A stretch of 64,000 bases of DNA from Betaproteobacteria bacterium (GTDB lineage: Bacteria; Pseudomonadota; Gammaproteobacteria; Burkholderiales; SG8-39): positions 22,309 through 86,308 of the forward strand of contig SCTX01000098.1 of assembly GCA_004298385.1 (NCBI GenBank), read 5' to 3'. How positions within the stretch are numbered: the stretch's first letter is position 1; each line of letters opens with the position of its first letter. The position numbers were made by a program, and so were the translations under genes. Of the stretch, positions 37,419 to 49,382 are shown piece after piece. The notes under the pieces are model-generated. The model saw only the letters and a list, made by a program, of their open reading frames with translations. It had not been told where the DNA came from and made no database searches.

Positions 37419-37434
37419 TTTCTGCGGCGGGTTC
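37401..37434 (+). terminator. Perfect 12-bp hairpin spanning the infC stop codon (attenuator/terminator candidate)
   Basis: GAACCCGCCGCA-aaatgatttc-TGCGGCGGGTTC. The T-tract is weak (CTTAG). Confidence 0.35.
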
Positions 37435-37568
37435 TTAGAAGGATCCGAATCCGATCTTTCTTTGCAGCACCGTTCCGGGTTCGCCGGGAACGTAACACAA
37501 GTGGTGTCAAGGTCAATAAGTTCTCCCCTTGGGAGACACCTGCCGCCATGTCAAAACTAGGAGTAGTC

Positions 37569-37766
37569 ATGCCCAAGATGAAGACCAAGCGGAGCGCGGC
37601 CAAGCGTTTTCGCATCCAAGCCGGCGGCGGAATAAAACGCACCAAAGCGTTTCTGCGCCACATCCTGACCAAGAAGACCACCAAGCGCAAGCGCAACATG
37701 CGCGGCACTTCCCAGGTCCACGCGAGCAATGTGCGTTCCGTGCGCGCGATGCTTCCCAACGGTTAA
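37569..37766 (+). CDS. rpmI: 50S ribosomal protein L35
   Basis: [14 protein letters not shown].. Start trimmed to the ATG at 37569. RBS TAGGAG. Confidence 0.93.
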   Translation: MPKMKTKRSAAKRFRIQAGGGIKRTKAFLRHILTKKTTKRKRNMRGTSQVHASNVRSVRAMLPNG

Positions 37767-37777
37767 GGAGACGAGCC

Positions 37778-38182
37778 ATGCCAAGAGTTAAACGTGGGGT
37801 AGACGCGCGCGCCCGTCACAAGAAAGTAATGGACCTGGCAAAGGGTTACCGCGGTCGCCGCGGCAGCGTCTTCCGCATCGCCAAAGAGGCGGTGATGAAG
37901 GCGGGCCAGTATGCGTATCGCGACCGCAGGACGAAGAAGCGCGTGTTCCGCGCGCTGTGGATTGCGCGCATCAACGCGGCAGCGCGCGAGTGCGGTCTCT
38001 CCTACAGCGTATTTATGAATGGGCTGAAGAAGGCCGCGATCGAGGTGGACCGCAAGGTACTGGCCGATCTGGCCGTGACCGACATGGCCGCCTTCGCCAA
38101 GTTCGCCGAGCAGGTCAAGGCAAGCATGCCTTCCGCTAAGGCAAGCTTGCCTGCCAACCGGGCAGGCGCGGCGTCCAAGTAA
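37778..38182 (+). CDS. rplT: 50S ribosomal protein L20
   Basis: [17 protein letters not shown].. RBS AAGGAG. It has a C-terminal Ala/Lys-rich extension beyond the usual ~118 aa. Confidence 0.93.
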   Translation: MPRVKRGVDARARHKKVMDLAKGYRGRRGSVFRIAKEAVMKAGQYAYRDRRTKKRVFRALWIARINAAARECGLSYSVFMNGLKKAAIEVDRKVLADLAVTDMAAFAKFAEQVKASMPSAKASLPANRAGAASK

Positions 38183-38265
38183 GGCGGGCCTCGGCAGAGT
38201 TCACGCGCATCAATGCGAAAGGGGGCTAACTTGATTAGCCTCTTTTCGTTTCCGTGATTGTCACC

Positions 38266-39282
38266 ATGGATAATTTGGAAAAAATAGTCAGCGCCGCGCT
38301 GGAGCAGTTCAGCCGCATCCATGGTGCGGCTGAACTGGAGCAGGCCAAGGCGCGCTTTCTCGGCAAGGCAGGCGCGCTCAGCGATCTGCTCAAAGGCCTG
38401 GGCAAGCTCCCCGCTGAAGAGCGGCGCGAGGCCGGCAGCCGCATCAACGCGGCGAAGGACCGGCTCGAGGCCGCGCTGGCCGAGCGGCGCGAGGCCCTGG
38501 CGCGGGCGCAGTTGGATGCGCGGCTGGCGCAGGAGGCTGTAGACGTCACGCTTCCCGGCCGCGGCGCGGGCCGCGGCCGCCTGCACCCGCTCACCCGCAC
38601 CCAAGACCGCATCGAGGCCATATTCCGCTCGATCGGCTTCGATATCGCCGACGGCCCCGAAATCGAGACCGACTGGTACAACTTCACCGCTCTCAACAAC
38701 CCGGAGAATCACCCGGCGCGCTCGATGCAGGACACCTTCTATGTCGACCAGAAGGACGCGAGCGGCAGGCCGCTGCTGCTCAGGACGCATACCAGCCCGA
38801 TGCAGGTGCGCTATGCGCGCATGCACGAGCCGCCGCTCAAGGTCATCGCGCCCGGCCGCACCTATCGCGTCGACAGCGACGCCACCCATTCTCCCATGTT
38901 CCACCAGGTCGAAGGTCTGTGGGTCGACGAGGACATCAGTTTCGCCGACCTGAAGGGCGTGTATACCGATTTCCTGCGCCGTTTCTTCGAAACCGAAGAG
39001 CTGGAGGTGCGCTTCCGGCCGTCGTTCTTTCCCTTTACCGAACCTTCGGTCGAAATCGACATGGCCTTCGGCGCGGGGCCGAACCAGAACCAGTGGCTGG
39101 AGATTTCCGGCGCCGGCCAGGTGCATCCGGCGGTCATCCGCAATTTCGGGCTCGACCCGGAACAATACATCGGCTTCGCCTTCGGTTCGGGGATCGAACG
39201 CCTGGCGATGCTGCGCTACGGCATCCACGACCTGCGCCTGTTCTACGACGGCGACTTGCGTTTCCTGCAACAATTCCCATGA
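38266..39282 (+). CDS. pheS: Phenylalanine--tRNA ligase alpha subunit
   Basis: Class II motifs ([32 protein letters not shown]). I prefer the ATG at 38266 over the GTG at 38254. Confidence 0.93.
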   Translation: MDNLEKIVSAALEQFSRIHGAAELEQAKARFLGKAGALSDLLKGLGKLPAEERREAGSRINAAKDRLEAALAERREALARAQLDARLAQEAVDVTLPGRGAGRGRLHPLTRTQDRIEAIFRSIGFDIADGPEIETDWYNFTALNNPENHPARSMQDTFYVDQKDASGRPLLLRTHTSPMQVRYARMHEPPLKVIAPGRTYRVDSDATHSPMFHQVEGLWVDEDISFADLKGVYTDFLRRFFETEELEVRFRPSFFPFTEPSVEIDMAFGAGPNQNQWLEISGAGQVHPAVIRNFGLDPEQYIGFAFGSGIERLAMLRYGIHDLRLFYDGDLRFLQQFP

Positions 39283-41678
39283 AACTCTCCGAACTCTGGC
39301 TGCGCAGTTTCGTCGATCCGCCCCTGTCGACGGCGGAGCTGGCGCACGCCCTCACCATGGCCGGTCTGGAAGTGGAGGCGATCGAGCCGGCCGCGCCGCC
39401 TTTCTCCGGGGTGGTGGTGGCCGAGGTCCTGGAAGTGGCGCGCCATCCCAACGCCGACCGCCTGTCCGTGTGCCAAGTCAATGTAGGCGAGCCGGCACCG
39501 CTCTCCATCGTATGCGGTGCACCCAACGTCATGGCCGGCATGCGCGTGCCCTGCGCCCTGGTCGGCGCGCGCCTGACGGGCGCCGACGGCGAGGCGTTCG
39601 AAATCAAGCGTTCGAGCTTGCGCGGCGTAGACAGCCAGGGCATGTTGTGCTCGGCCAAGGAACTGGGGATAGAGGACGATCATTCGGGAATTCTGCCGCT
39701 CGCGGCGGATGCGCCGATCGGCCGCGGCGTGCGCGAGGTGCTCGGACTCGATGACACCCTATTCACGCTCAAGCTCACCCCGAATCGCGCCGACTGCCTG
39801 AGCCTCGTTGGAGTCGCGCGTGAAGTGGCGGCAATCACCGGCGCCGTATTGAGAGCGCCGGCGATCGCGCCGGTCGCGGCGCAAAGCGACGCGCGTTTCC
39901 CGGTTAAGATTTCCGCCGCGGACGGATGCGGGCGGTTCACCGGTCGCGTGATCCGCAACGTCAACGCTGCCGCGCCCGTACCCGAATGGATGAAGCAGCG
40001 CCTGGCACGCTCCGGCCAGCGCTCGATCTCGGCGCTGGTGGACGTGACCAACTACGTGATGCTCGAGCTCGGGCGCCCGCTCCACGTCTACGACCTGGAC
40101 AAGCTGCGAGGCGGTATCGACGTGCGCTTCGGCAGGAAGGGGGAGCGGCTGAAGCTCCTGAACGAGCAAACGGTCGATGTGGACGAAACCGTGCTCTGCA
40201 TCACCGATGCCTCGGGCCCGATCGGGCTTGCCGGCATCATGGGCGGGGATTCGACCAAGGCCGAGACGGACAGCAGGAACATTTTCCTCGAGTCCGCATT
40301 TTTCTTCCCCGACGCCATCGCGGGCCGCGCGCGCCGCTACAATTTCGCCAGCGACGCCGCGCACCGCTTCGAGCGCGGCGTCGACTTCGACAACAACGTG
40401 GCCGGGATAGAGCGCGCGACCGAACTGATACTCGCGATCTGCGGCGGCGAGCCGGGGCCGACAGTCGACGATGTGGCGCAGTTGCCCGAGCGCAAGCCGG
40501 TGCGCGTGCGCAGCGCGCGCGCGGCCAAGGTACTGGGCATCAGCGTGAGCGACGCGGAGATCGCCGCGATTTTCTCGCGCCTCGGCCTTGCCAGCGCGAA
40601 CACCCCGGAGGGTTTCGAGGTGACGCCGCCCTCCTATCGCTTCGACGTCGCCATCGAGGAAGACCTGATCGAAGAGATCGCGCGCATTTACGGCTACGAG
40701 CGCATCCCGGCGAACCAGCCGCGCGCGCGCGCTGCCATGTCGCCGCAGCGCGAGGCCGTGCGCCCGCTGATACGGGTGAAGGAAGCGATCGCCGCGCGCG
40801 ACTACCAGGAAGTCGTCAACTTCAGCTTCGTCGAGGCCGGCTGGGAGCGCGATTTCTGCGGCAACGACGCGCCGGTGAAGCTGCTGAATCCGATTTCGAG
40901 CCAGCTCTCGGTCATGCGCTCCGGCCTCGCCGGCAGCCTTGTCGCCAACGTGCGCTACAACCTCGACCGCAAGCAGGGCAGGGTGCGTGTGTTCGAGCTC
41001 GGGCGGGTGTTCCGCGCCGACAACAACGTGGCGGACGGGCCACTGACGGTGGCAGGCGTCGCCCAGCCGCTCAAACTCGCCGCCATCGCCTACGGTCCGG
41101 CCTATCCGGAGCAATGGGGGCTAGCCGAGCGCAAAGTGGATTTCCACGACGTCAAGGGCGACATCGAAAGCCTGTTTGCCTCCGCAGCGCTCCGTTTCGA
41201 GCGCACCACGCATCCCGCCCTGCATCCAAGCCGGGCAGCCAATGTGCTGGTCGACGGAAAGACTATCGGCTGGCTGGGTGAACTGCATCCGCGCTGGCAG
41301 CAAAAATACGAGCTGCCGCAGGCTCCGCTTGTGTTCGAGCTCGATCTGGATGCGCTGTTGGCCGTGCCCTTGCCTGCCTACCGCGAGCTATCGAAGTTCC
41401 CGCCCGTGATCCGCGATCTGGCCGTGGTGGTGGATGAAGCCGTGCCGGCGCAGGCGCTGCTGGAGGCGATGCTGGGCTCGCGCCCGGCGCTCGTGCAGGA
41501 TCTGTGGCTGTTTGACTTATACCGCGGAAAAGGGGTGGACTCAGGCAAAAAAAGCCTTGCATTTCGGGTAGTTATGCAAGATACTTCGAAAACGCTGACC
41601 GACGCGGAGGCGGAGGCGGCGATGGCGCAACTGCTGCAGCTTCTCACGCAACGCGTCGGCGCCAAATTGCGCACCTAG
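39279..41678 (+). CDS. pheT: Phenylalanine--tRNA ligase beta subunit
   Basis: [12 protein letters not shown].. 799 aa. ATGA overlap with pheS. The upstream part of the track ORF is an artefact. Confidence 0.93.
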   Translation: MKLSELWLRSFVDPPLSTAELAHALTMAGLEVEAIEPAAPPFSGVVVAEVLEVARHPNADRLSVCQVNVGEPAPLSIVCGAPNVMAGMRVPCALVGARLTGADGEAFEIKRSSLRGVDSQGMLCSAKELGIEDDHSGILPLAADAPIGRGVREVLGLDDTLFTLKLTPNRADCLSLVGVAREVAAITGAVLRAPAIAPVAAQSDARFPVKISAADGCGRFTGRVIRNVNAAAPVPEWMKQRLARSGQRSISALVDVTNYVMLELGRPLHVYDLDKLRGGIDVRFGRKGERLKLLNEQTVDVDETVLCITDASGPIGLAGIMGGDSTKAETDSRNIFLESAFFFPDAIAGRARRYNFASDAAHRFERGVDFDNNVAGIERATELILAICGGEPGPTVDDVAQLPERKPVRVRSARAAKVLGISVSDAEIAAIFSRLGLASANTPEGFEVTPPSYRFDVAIEEDLIEEIARIYGYERIPANQPRARAAMSPQREAVRPLIRVKEAIAARDYQEVVNFSFVEAGWERDFCGNDAPVKLLNPISSQLSVMRSGLAGSLVANVRYNLDRKQGRVRVFELGRVFRADNNVADGPLTVAGVAQPLKLAAIAYGPAYPEQWGLAERKVDFHDVKGDIESLFASAALRFERTTHPALHPSRAANVLVDGKTIGWLGELHPRWQQKYELPQAPLVFELDLDALLAVPLPAYRELSKFPPVIRDLAVVVDEAVPAQALLEAMLGSRPALVQDLWLFDLYRGKGVDSGKKSLAFRVVMQDTSKTLTDAEAEAAMAQLLQLLTQRVGAKLRT

Positions 41679-41687
41679 GGAGAAAAA

Positions 41688-41999
41688 ATGACGTTAACCA
41701 AAGCCGAGCTGGCTGACTTTTTGTTCGAGAAAGTCGGGCTTAACAAGCGCGAAGCCAAGGATATGGTCGAAACATTCTTCGAGGAAATCCGGGCTGCGCT
41801 GGAAAATGGCGACAGCGTAAAGCTTTCCGGATTCGGCAATTTTCAACTGCGCAACAAGCCGCAACGCCCGGGGCGCAACCCCAAGACCGGAGAAGAAATA
41901 CCGATCACCGCGCGGCGCGTCGTCACCTTCCACGCCAGCCAGAAGTTAAAGGCGCTGGTGGAAAAGGCCAATAGTGGAAAGCCACAGCAGCAGCAGTAG
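41688..41999 (+). CDS. ihfA: Integration host factor subunit alpha
   Basis: [37 protein letters not shown]. Confidence 0.95.
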   Translation: MTLTKAELADFLFEKVGLNKREAKDMVETFFEEIRAALENGDSVKLSGFGNFQLRNKPQRPGRNPKTGEEIPITARRVVTFHASQKLKALVEKANSGKPQQQQ

Positions 42000-42354
42000 C
42001 CTGCCGCCGATTCCGGCGAAGCGCTACTTCACCATCGGCGAGGTGAGCGAACTGTGCGGCGTCAAGCCGCACGTGCTGCGTTACTGGGAGCAGGAGTTCA
42101 CCCAGTTGAAGCCGGTCAAACGGCGCGGCAACCGGCGCTACTACCAGCATCACGAGGTGCTGCTTATCCGCCGCATCCGCGATCTGTTGTACGAGCAGGG
42201 CTTCACCATCAGCGGCGCGCGTAACCGCCTGGACGAAGGCGCCTCCAGTAGCGGCCGCGCGTCGGCCGCTCGCGCCGAGCCGGACAAGGTCGATCTGGCC
42301 GCGGTCAAAAGCGAGCTCAAGAGCATCATCGAGACCCTCGGCGGCGGCGCCTGA
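41974..42354 (+). CDS. MerR-family transcriptional regulator (conserved ihfA-downstream gene)
   Basis: MerR-type HTH: [25 protein letters not shown]. The start is uncertain; the GTG at 41974 overlaps ihfA. Confidence 0.75.
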   Translation: MESHSSSSSLPPIPAKRYFTIGEVSELCGVKPHVLRYWEQEFTQLKPVKRRGNRRYYQHHEVLLIRRIRDLLYEQGFTISGARNRLDEGASSSGRASAARAEPDKVDLAAVKSELKSIIETLGGGA

Positions 42355-42414
42355 GCGGCGCGGGTGCATCAGTGCTGGTTTTCATCCGGGCCGGCGTGAT
42401 AAGATCAGAAGCAT

Positions 42415-42491
<77 letters not shown>

Positions 42492-42493
42492 TT

Positions 42494-42529
42494 AAAACCC
42501 GCCATGATTCAACGTCTTGGCGGGTTTTT
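42494..42529 (+). terminator. Intrinsic terminator after tRNA-Pro
   Basis: AAAACCCGCC-N15-GGCGGGTTTTT followed by ATTT. Confidence 0.7.
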
Positions 42530-42531
42530 AT

Positions 42532-43013
42532 TTACCCCGTCTTTCTCCTCAGTATCGTCATTGCGTCGATTTTGCGTTGTTCTGTCGTCGCGACACGGTT
42601 CGCCGCGTCGATCAGGTTCCCAATATCGGGTGCCGAATAGTGCGTGGTAACGCTCCCGTTCTGGTACCCGAGCAACACCTGGCGATCCTCGAAGGATACG
42701 CCTGCCGCCCGCAGCCTGCGACCGAACCTGTGCCGTTTATGCCGAGTACGGCATAGTGCTTTAAATCGTGTACTCGCGCGAATTCCTTGGGCGCTGCTTC
42801 GTTCATCTCTTCTTGCCACTTCGTTGCCGCGCGAACCCTCGCCTTCTTCCGGGCGCTGTCGTTCATTTTCGCGATGGCGCGACCTTGATAGGGAAACACC
42901 CACTCCGGGTTCTTGCCGCCGCGCTGCGCGTCGACGATCGACTTGGTGACGTCGTTCAAGACAACCAGGCGATCCTCGCCATTTTTCGCGCCAGAGAACC
43001 GGCGTCGTCCGCG
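42532..43013 (-). pseudogene. Tyrosine-recombinase (phage-type integrase) remnant: N-terminally truncated and frameshifted
   Basis: Two frames together give ..GAKNGEDRLVVLN..EWVFPYQGRAI..FARVHDLKH / RHRFGRRLRAAGVSFEDRQVLLGYQNGSVTTHYSAP... Only ~160 C-terminal residues remain. The box-II Arg reads Lys. An in-frame TAG at ~43014 closes the frame. Confidence 0.75.
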
Positions 43014-43087
43014 CTAATCGCCGGAGGTTATTAGAAACCAATTCGAACTTCGTTCTGTTTCTTAGCCGGTCCAGTTAAGGTTCGGCT
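43011..43087 (+). repeat. 77-nt repeat copy 1 (upstream of sbp); probable sulfur-regulon promoter/activator site
   Basis: 68/77 positions are identical, ungapped, to 46958-47034. It contains the imperfect palindrome AACCAATTCGAAnTTCGTTCTGTTT. Confidence 0.85.
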
Positions 43088-43130
43088 CACGCACGTAATT
43101 TCAGCCCAAGCGAATCCAGGCAGATTGACG

Positions 43131-44135
43131 ATGTCTAGCAGGTACTATTCATGGATCGGCGCGCTGGCGCTGGTGGCGGCGACCGCGGCGCAGGCCGACA
43201 GCACGCTGCTGAACGCGTCCTACGACACCACGCGCGAGCTGTACCGGATTTTCAACACCGCGTTTGCGAAGCACTGGAAAACGAAGACCGGCGAGACGGT
43301 TGCGCTGAAGCAATCGCATGGCGGATCGGGCAAGCAGGGGCGCACCGTCATCGACGGGCTGGAAGCCGATGTCGTAACCCTCGCGCTGGCCTACGACGTG
43401 AACGCCCTGGCGGAACATGGCAATCTGATCCCCAAGGATTGGCAAAAGCGCCTGGGCCACAATAGCTCGCCCTACACGTCCACCATCGTGTTCCTAGTGC
43501 GCAAGGGCAATCCCAAGGCGATCCGAGACTGGGACGATCTGGTGAAGTCCGGCACGTCGGTGGTCACGCCCAATCCGAAGACTTCGGGCGGTGCGCGCTG
43601 GAACTATCTTGCCGCCTGGGGTTACGCTCTGAAGAAATTCGGCAACGACGAAGCCAGGGCCAGGGATTTTGTCGGCAAGCTCTATGCGAATGTGCCGGTG
43701 CTCGATTCCGGCGCCCGTGGTTCGACCGTCACCTTCACCGAGCGCGGCATCGGCGACGTCCTCATTTCCTGGGAGAACGAAGCCTTTCTCGCGCTGAAGG
43801 AACTCGGCCCGGAGAAATTCGAGATCATCGTACCCTCCATCAGCATCCTCGCCGAGCTGCCGGTGGCGGTGGTGGACAAGGTGGTGGACAAGCGCGGCAC
43901 GCGCAAGCTGGCCGAGGCCTATCTGCGATACCTCTACAGCGATGAAGGTCAGGACATCGCCGGCAGAAATTACTACCGGCCGCGCGATGCCAAGGCCGCG
44001 GCTAAGTACGCCAAAACGTTCCCCAAGGTCGATCTGTTCACCATCGATGAGGTCTTCGGCGGCTGGCAGAAGGCGCAGAAACTTCACTTCGACGACGGCG
44101 GCCTGTTCGACCGGATCTACCAGGCGAAGAAATGA
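43131..44135 (+). CDS. sbp: Sulfate/thiosulfate ABC transporter substrate-binding protein
   Basis: Signal peptide plus Sbp/CysP family blocks ([19 protein letters not shown]). I prefer the ATG at 43131 over the TTG at 43125. Confidence 0.9.
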   Translation: MSSRYYSWIGALALVAATAAQADSTLLNASYDTTRELYRIFNTAFAKHWKTKTGETVALKQSHGGSGKQGRTVIDGLEADVVTLALAYDVNALAEHGNLIPKDWQKRLGHNSSPYTSTIVFLVRKGNPKAIRDWDDLVKSGTSVVTPNPKTSGGARWNYLAAWGYALKKFGNDEARARDFVGKLYANVPVLDSGARGSTVTFTERGIGDVLISWENEAFLALKELGPEKFEIIVPSISILAELPVAVVDKVVDKRGTRKLAEAYLRYLYSDEGQDIAGRNYYRPRDAKAAAKYAKTFPKVDLFTIDEVFGGWQKAQKLHFDDGGLFDRIYQAKK

Positions 44136-44974
44136 GTTTCGCGCTGCGCACCCGCCATAGCGTTTTGCCGGGGTTCGGCCTGGCGCTCGGCTTTACCGTG
44201 CTATACCTCTCGCTCATCGTCCTGATTCCGCTGTCGGCGGCGTTCATCAGGACCGCGGGTATGAGCTGGGAGGCCTTCTGGCGCACGGTGACCGCGCCGC
44301 GCGTGCTCGCTTCCTTCGAGTTGAGCTTCGGCGCGGCGTTCATCGCGGCGCTGATCAACGCCTTTTTCGGGCTGATCGTCGCCTGGGTGCTGGTGCGCTA
44401 TCGTTTCGCCGGCAAGAAACTGATCGACGCCCTGGTAGATCTGCCGTTCGCGCTGCCGACCGCGGTGGCCGGAATCGCGCTTACCGCCGTGTATTCCTCC
44501 AAGGGCTGGATCGGGCAATACCTGGAGCCGAACGGCGTCAAGGTGGCATTCACCCCGCTGGGGGTGGTGGTGGCGCTGACCTTCATCGGACTTCCGTTCG
44601 TGGTGCGCACGGTGCAGCCGGTGCTGGCGGATCTGGGGCGGGAGCTCGAGGAGGCGGCTTCCGTTCTCGGCGCGACGCGCCGGCAAACCTTCGTTCGGGT
44701 AATCCTGCCGGCGATCCTGCCGGCGCTGATCACGGGCTTCGCGCTGGCGTTCGCACGCGGTGTGGGCGAATACGGTTCGGTGATTTTCATCGCCGGCAAC
44801 ATGCCGATGAAGTCGGAGATCGCGCCGCTCTTGATCGTCACCAAGCTGGAGCAATACGACTATGCCGGCGCCACCGCAATCGCGGTGGTGATGCTGGTCG
44901 CGTCCTTCCTGCTGCTGTTCGCGCTCAATCTGCTGCAATGGTGGGCGCGGCGCCGCGGCGGCCAGGATTCCTGA
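44132..44974 (+). CDS. cysT: Sulfate ABC transporter permease CysT
   Basis: Polytopic permease with the EAA-type loop ([15 protein letters not shown]). ATGA overlap with sbp. Confidence 0.9.
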   Translation: MSFALRTRHSVLPGFGLALGFTVLYLSLIVLIPLSAAFIRTAGMSWEAFWRTVTAPRVLASFELSFGAAFIAALINAFFGLIVAWVLVRYRFAGKKLIDALVDLPFALPTAVAGIALTAVYSSKGWIGQYLEPNGVKVAFTPLGVVVALTFIGLPFVVRTVQPVLADLGRELEEAASVLGATRRQTFVRVILPAILPALITGFALAFARGVGEYGSVIFIAGNMPMKSEIAPLLIVTKLEQYDYAGATAIAVVMLVASFLLLFALNLLQWWARRRGGQDS

Positions 44975-44975
44975 C

Positions 44976-45871
44976 ATGAGCGCAACGTTCGCATTGCCAA
45001 TGGCCGAATACCGCTTTCCCGTGCGCCGGCGCGCAAGCGGGGAGTCCGCGCTGGTAAAGTGGTCGCTGATCGGGACCGCGCTCGCCTTCCTGGCCCTGTT
45101 CCTTTTCGTGCCGCTGGCGGCCGTATTCCACGAAGCCTTGTGCAAAGGGCTGGACGCCTATATCGCCGCGCTCGCGGAGCCGGACGCGCTCGCTTCGATC
45201 AAGCTTACTTTTTTTGTCGCGGCGCTTGCCGTCCCGGCGAACCTCGTCTTCGGCGTCGCAGCGGCCTGGGCCATCGCACGCTTCGAGTTTCGTGGCAAGA
45301 GCCTGCTTCTGACTTTGATCGATCTGCCGTTCTCGGTGTCGCCGGTGATCTCGGGTCTGATCTATGTGCTGATCTTCGGCGCCCAGGGCTGGATCGGACC
45401 GTGGCTGCAGAGCCACGACATCAAGATCATTTTCGCGCTGCCCGGCATCGCGCTGGCGACGGTGTTCGTGACGTTTCCGTTCGTCGCGCGCGAGCTGATT
45501 CCATTGATGCAGGAGCAGGGAAGCGAGGAAGAGGAGGCGGCAATCGTGCTCGGCGCCTCCGGTTGGCAGACCTTCCGGCGCGTGACCCTGCCGAACATCA
45601 AGTGGGGGCTGCTCTACGGCGTGATACTGTGCAACGCCCGCGCCTTGGGCGAATTTGGCGCCGTGTCTGTGGTGTCGGGCCATATTCGCGGGCAGACCAA
45701 CACCATGCCGCTGCATGTGGAGATTCTTTATAACGAGTACCAGTTCGCCGCGTCTTTTGCGGTGGCTTCGGTACTCGCCCTGCTGGCGCTGGTCACGCTT
45801 GCGCTCAAGAGTTACGTCGAGTGGCGCGTCCGCCACGAAACCAGCGACCCCGTCACGGTAGGACCGCAAGA

Positions 45872-45875
<4 letters not shown>
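44976..45875 (+). CDS. cysW: Sulfate ABC transporter permease CysW
   Basis: Paralogous permease ([16 protein letters not shown]) in the conserved sbp-cysTWA order. Confidence 0.9.
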
Positions 45876-46936
<1,061 letters not shown>

Positions 46937-46957
46937 TACCACTGTGCGTGCGCATTC

Positions 46958-47034
46958 GCGCTAATTGCTGGCGGTTATTAGAAACCAATTCGAAGTTCGT
47001 TCTGTTTCCCGGCCGGCCCGGTTAAGGTTCGGCT
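46958..47034 (+). repeat. 77-nt repeat copy 2 (upstream of the DUF934-cysHDN operon)
   Basis: See copy 1. This copy ends 25 nt before the ATG at 47060. Confidence 0.85.
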
Positions 47035-47059
47035 TGGACGCATGCAAGGAAAATCGTAA

Positions 47060-47599
47060 ATGCTTAGCTTGATCAAACAGGAGAGCGTCGCCGTCGACGC
47101 GTGGAAACTCCTGACCCTGGCCGAGAACGAAACGGCTGAAAGCGTGAACTTGCCGGTCGGCCCGCTGCTGGTGCCGGTCGCCGTGTGGCGCGCCCGTCGG
47201 CGCGAGCTGGTGGAGCGTGAGTATGCCCACGGCTGGCCGCTGGGCGTGTGGCTGGCCGCGGGCGAGGGCCCCAAGGCCATCGCCGACGACATCGAGGACT
47301 TCAGTGTCATCGCCGTGCACTTCCCCAAAGCTAGCGATGGCCGCGGCTGCTTCACTGCCCGGCTGCTGCGGCGGTGCTATGGCTACGGCGGCGAATTGCG
47401 CGCCTTCGGCGACGTGCCCGGAGAGCAGCTAATTTCCTTGCGTCGCAGCGGGTTCGACGCCTTTACCCTGCGCGCCGATCAGGCCGGCCTGCTTGCTCTC
47501 GACCGGGCCGCTCAGGCGGCAGCCAATCAGCCGATGCGCCTGGTCCCCCGCTGCCCGGCGTCCGAGTGCCGTCGCTTCGAGACCGGGCGCGCCGCATGA
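47060..47599 (+). CDS. DUF934-family protein (sulfite-reductase-associated oxidoreductase-like)
   Basis: Pattern LPVGPLLVPVAVW..LGVWL..IAVHFPKASDGRGCFTARLLRRCYGYGGELRAFGDV..GFDAF is typical of DUF934, which is usually linked to cysI/cysH. Confidence 0.75.
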   Translation: MLSLIKQESVAVDAWKLLTLAENETAESVNLPVGPLLVPVAVWRARRRELVEREYAHGWPLGVWLAAGEGPKAIADDIEDFSVIAVHFPKASDGRGCFTARLLRRCYGYGGELRAFGDVPGEQLISLRRSGFDAFTLRADQAGLLALDRAAQAAANQPMRLVPRCPASECRRFETGRAA

Positions 47600-48339
47600 T
47601 GCGCGACCTTCCGTTCGACCTCGACGACACGCGACTGCAGGCGGAGCTCGAGCGCAAGGTCGCTGCCGCGGCCGAACTGCTCTCGGACATTGCCCGCAGG
47701 TTCGAACCGGCGGCGCTTGCCTCCAGCCTGGGCGCCGAAGACATGGTCCTGACCGATCTCATCGCCAAGCACGCGCCGGCGATCGAGGTCCTCACCCTCG
47801 ATACCGGACGGCTGCATGCCGAAACCTATCGCTTGTTGCAGCAGATCACGGATCATTACGCGCTGCGCATTCGGGTGGTCTATCCCAGCGGCGAGGCGGT
47901 GGAGCGCTGCGTCGCCGAGCACGGGATCAACGGCTTCGTCAACAGCGTGGCAAGCCGCAAAGCCTGCTGCGAGGCGCGCAAGGTGGAACCGCTGCGGCGT
48001 GCCCTCGCGGGCAAGCGCGCCTGGATCACGGGTCTGCGCCGAGCACAAGCCGCCACCCGCGTGGGCCTGCCGCTGCAGGAGTACGACGCGGCGAACGGTC
48101 TGGAAAAATTCAGTCCTCTCGCCAACTGGCGGGTGCAGGAAATCTGGGCCTATCTCCACCTCTTCGGCGTCCCCTACAACGCACTCCACGATCGCGGCTT
48201 TCCGAGCATCGGCTGCGAACCCTGCACCCGCGCGGTGATGCCGGGCGAGGATATCCGGGCAGGACGCTGGTGGTGGGAGGAGCCGGGCAGTAAGGAATGC
48301 GGTCTGCATCCGGCGAAGCGCAGGCAGGCCGCCGGTTGA
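47596..48339 (+). CDS. cysH: Adenylylsulfate (APS)/PAPS reductase, Fe-S-cluster type
   Basis: PP-loop-like fold with the Cys pairs CCEARKVEP and GCEPCT plus the C-terminal KECGLH. The Cys pairs mark APS-reducing CysH. The ATG at 47596 overlaps the upstream stop. Confidence 0.88.
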   Translation: MMRDLPFDLDDTRLQAELERKVAAAAELLSDIARRFEPAALASSLGAEDMVLTDLIAKHAPAIEVLTLDTGRLHAETYRLLQQITDHYALRIRVVYPSGEAVERCVAEHGINGFVNSVASRKACCEARKVEPLRRALAGKRAWITGLRRAQAATRVGLPLQEYDAANGLEKFSPLANWRVQEIWAYLHLFGVPYNALHDRGFPSIGCEPCTRAVMPGEDIRAGRWWWEEPGSKECGLHPAKRRQAAG

Positions 48340-48422
48340 CCCCGGGCACGCCGATGCACGCCCCGGTTTGGGTGCGTCGTAGCTCGAATCCTGCCGAAAA
48401 ACCATTCAATGCTCCTTCAATT

Positions 48423-49382
48423 ATGAACCCAATTCATCACGAAATTCCGGGACTCGCCCGGGTAATGCTACCCAATACCGGCGCGGCTCGCCTCGATCAC
48501 CTCGACTGGCTGGAAGCCGAAGCCATTTACATCCTGCGCGAAGTGGCGGGCCAATGCGCGAATCCGGTCTTGCTGTTCTCCGGCGGGAAGGATTCGGTGT
48601 GCTTGCTGCGATTGGCGGAGAAGGCATTTCGGCCGGGGCGTTTCCCGTTCCCGCTGCTGCATATCGACACCGGCCACAATTACCAGGAGGTAATCGCATT
48701 TCGCGACTGGCGCGCCGCGCAATTGGGCGAGCGCCTGATCGTGCGCTCGCTCGAAGAATCGATCCGCCGCGGCAGCGTGGTAGTGAAGAGCCCGACCGAG
48801 TCGCGCAACAAGCACCAGTCGGTGACGCTGCTCGAGGCCATTGCCGAGTTCGGTTTCGACTGCTGTATCGGCGGCGCGCGGCGCGACGAGGAAAAAGCGC
48901 GGGCCAAAGAGCGGGTGTTCTCCTTCCGTGACGAGTTCGGCCAGTGGGATCCGAAGAACCAGCGTCCGGAGTTGTGGGATCTGTACAACGCGCGCACCTT
49001 CAAGGGCGAGAACATCCGCGCCTTCCCGATTTCGAACTGGACCGAGCTGGACGTGTGGCAATACATCGCGCGGGAGAAACTGGAACTGCCCCCCATCTAT
49101 TTTGCCCACCGCCGCCAAATCGTGCGCCGCGGCACGGCGCTCGTTCCGGTGACCGGGCTGACGCCGGCGAAACCGGGTGAAGAAGTCATCGAGATGAGCG
49201 TGCGCTTTCGCACCATCGGCGACATTCCCTGCACGGCGCCGGTGGAATCGTTCGCCGATTCGACCGACAAAATCGTCGCCGAAACCGCGACCATCACGAT
49301 CACCGAACGCGGCGCAACTCGTCTCGACGACCAGACCTCGGAGGCGTCGATGGAGCAGCGGAAAAAGGAAGGCTATTTCTGA
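48423..49382 (+). CDS. cysD: Sulfate adenylyltransferase subunit 2
   Basis: PP-loop SGGKDS, LEAEAIYILREV and a C-terminal KKEGYF-type end. The start ATG at 48423 is tentative. Confidence 0.9.
   Translation: MNPIHHEIPGLARVMLPNTGAARLDHLDWLEAEAIYILREVAGQCANPVLLFSGGKDSVCLLRLAEKAFRPGRFPFPLLHIDTGHNYQEVIAFRDWRAAQLGERLIVRSLEESIRRGSVVVKSPTESRNKHQSVTLLEAIAEFGFDCCIGGARRDEEKARAKERVFSFRDEFGQWDPKNQRPELWDLYNARTFKGENIRAFPISNWTELDVWQYIAREKLELPPIYFAHRRQIVRRGTALVPVTGLTPAKPGEEVIEMSVRFRTIGDIPCTAPVESFADSTDKIVAETATITITERGATRLDDQTSEASMEQRKKEGYF

Noticed and set aside
38002-41281. Several ORFs of 420 to 450 aa on both strands across pheS/pheT
   Set aside because: They are antisense or out of frame to pheS/pheT and have no motifs.
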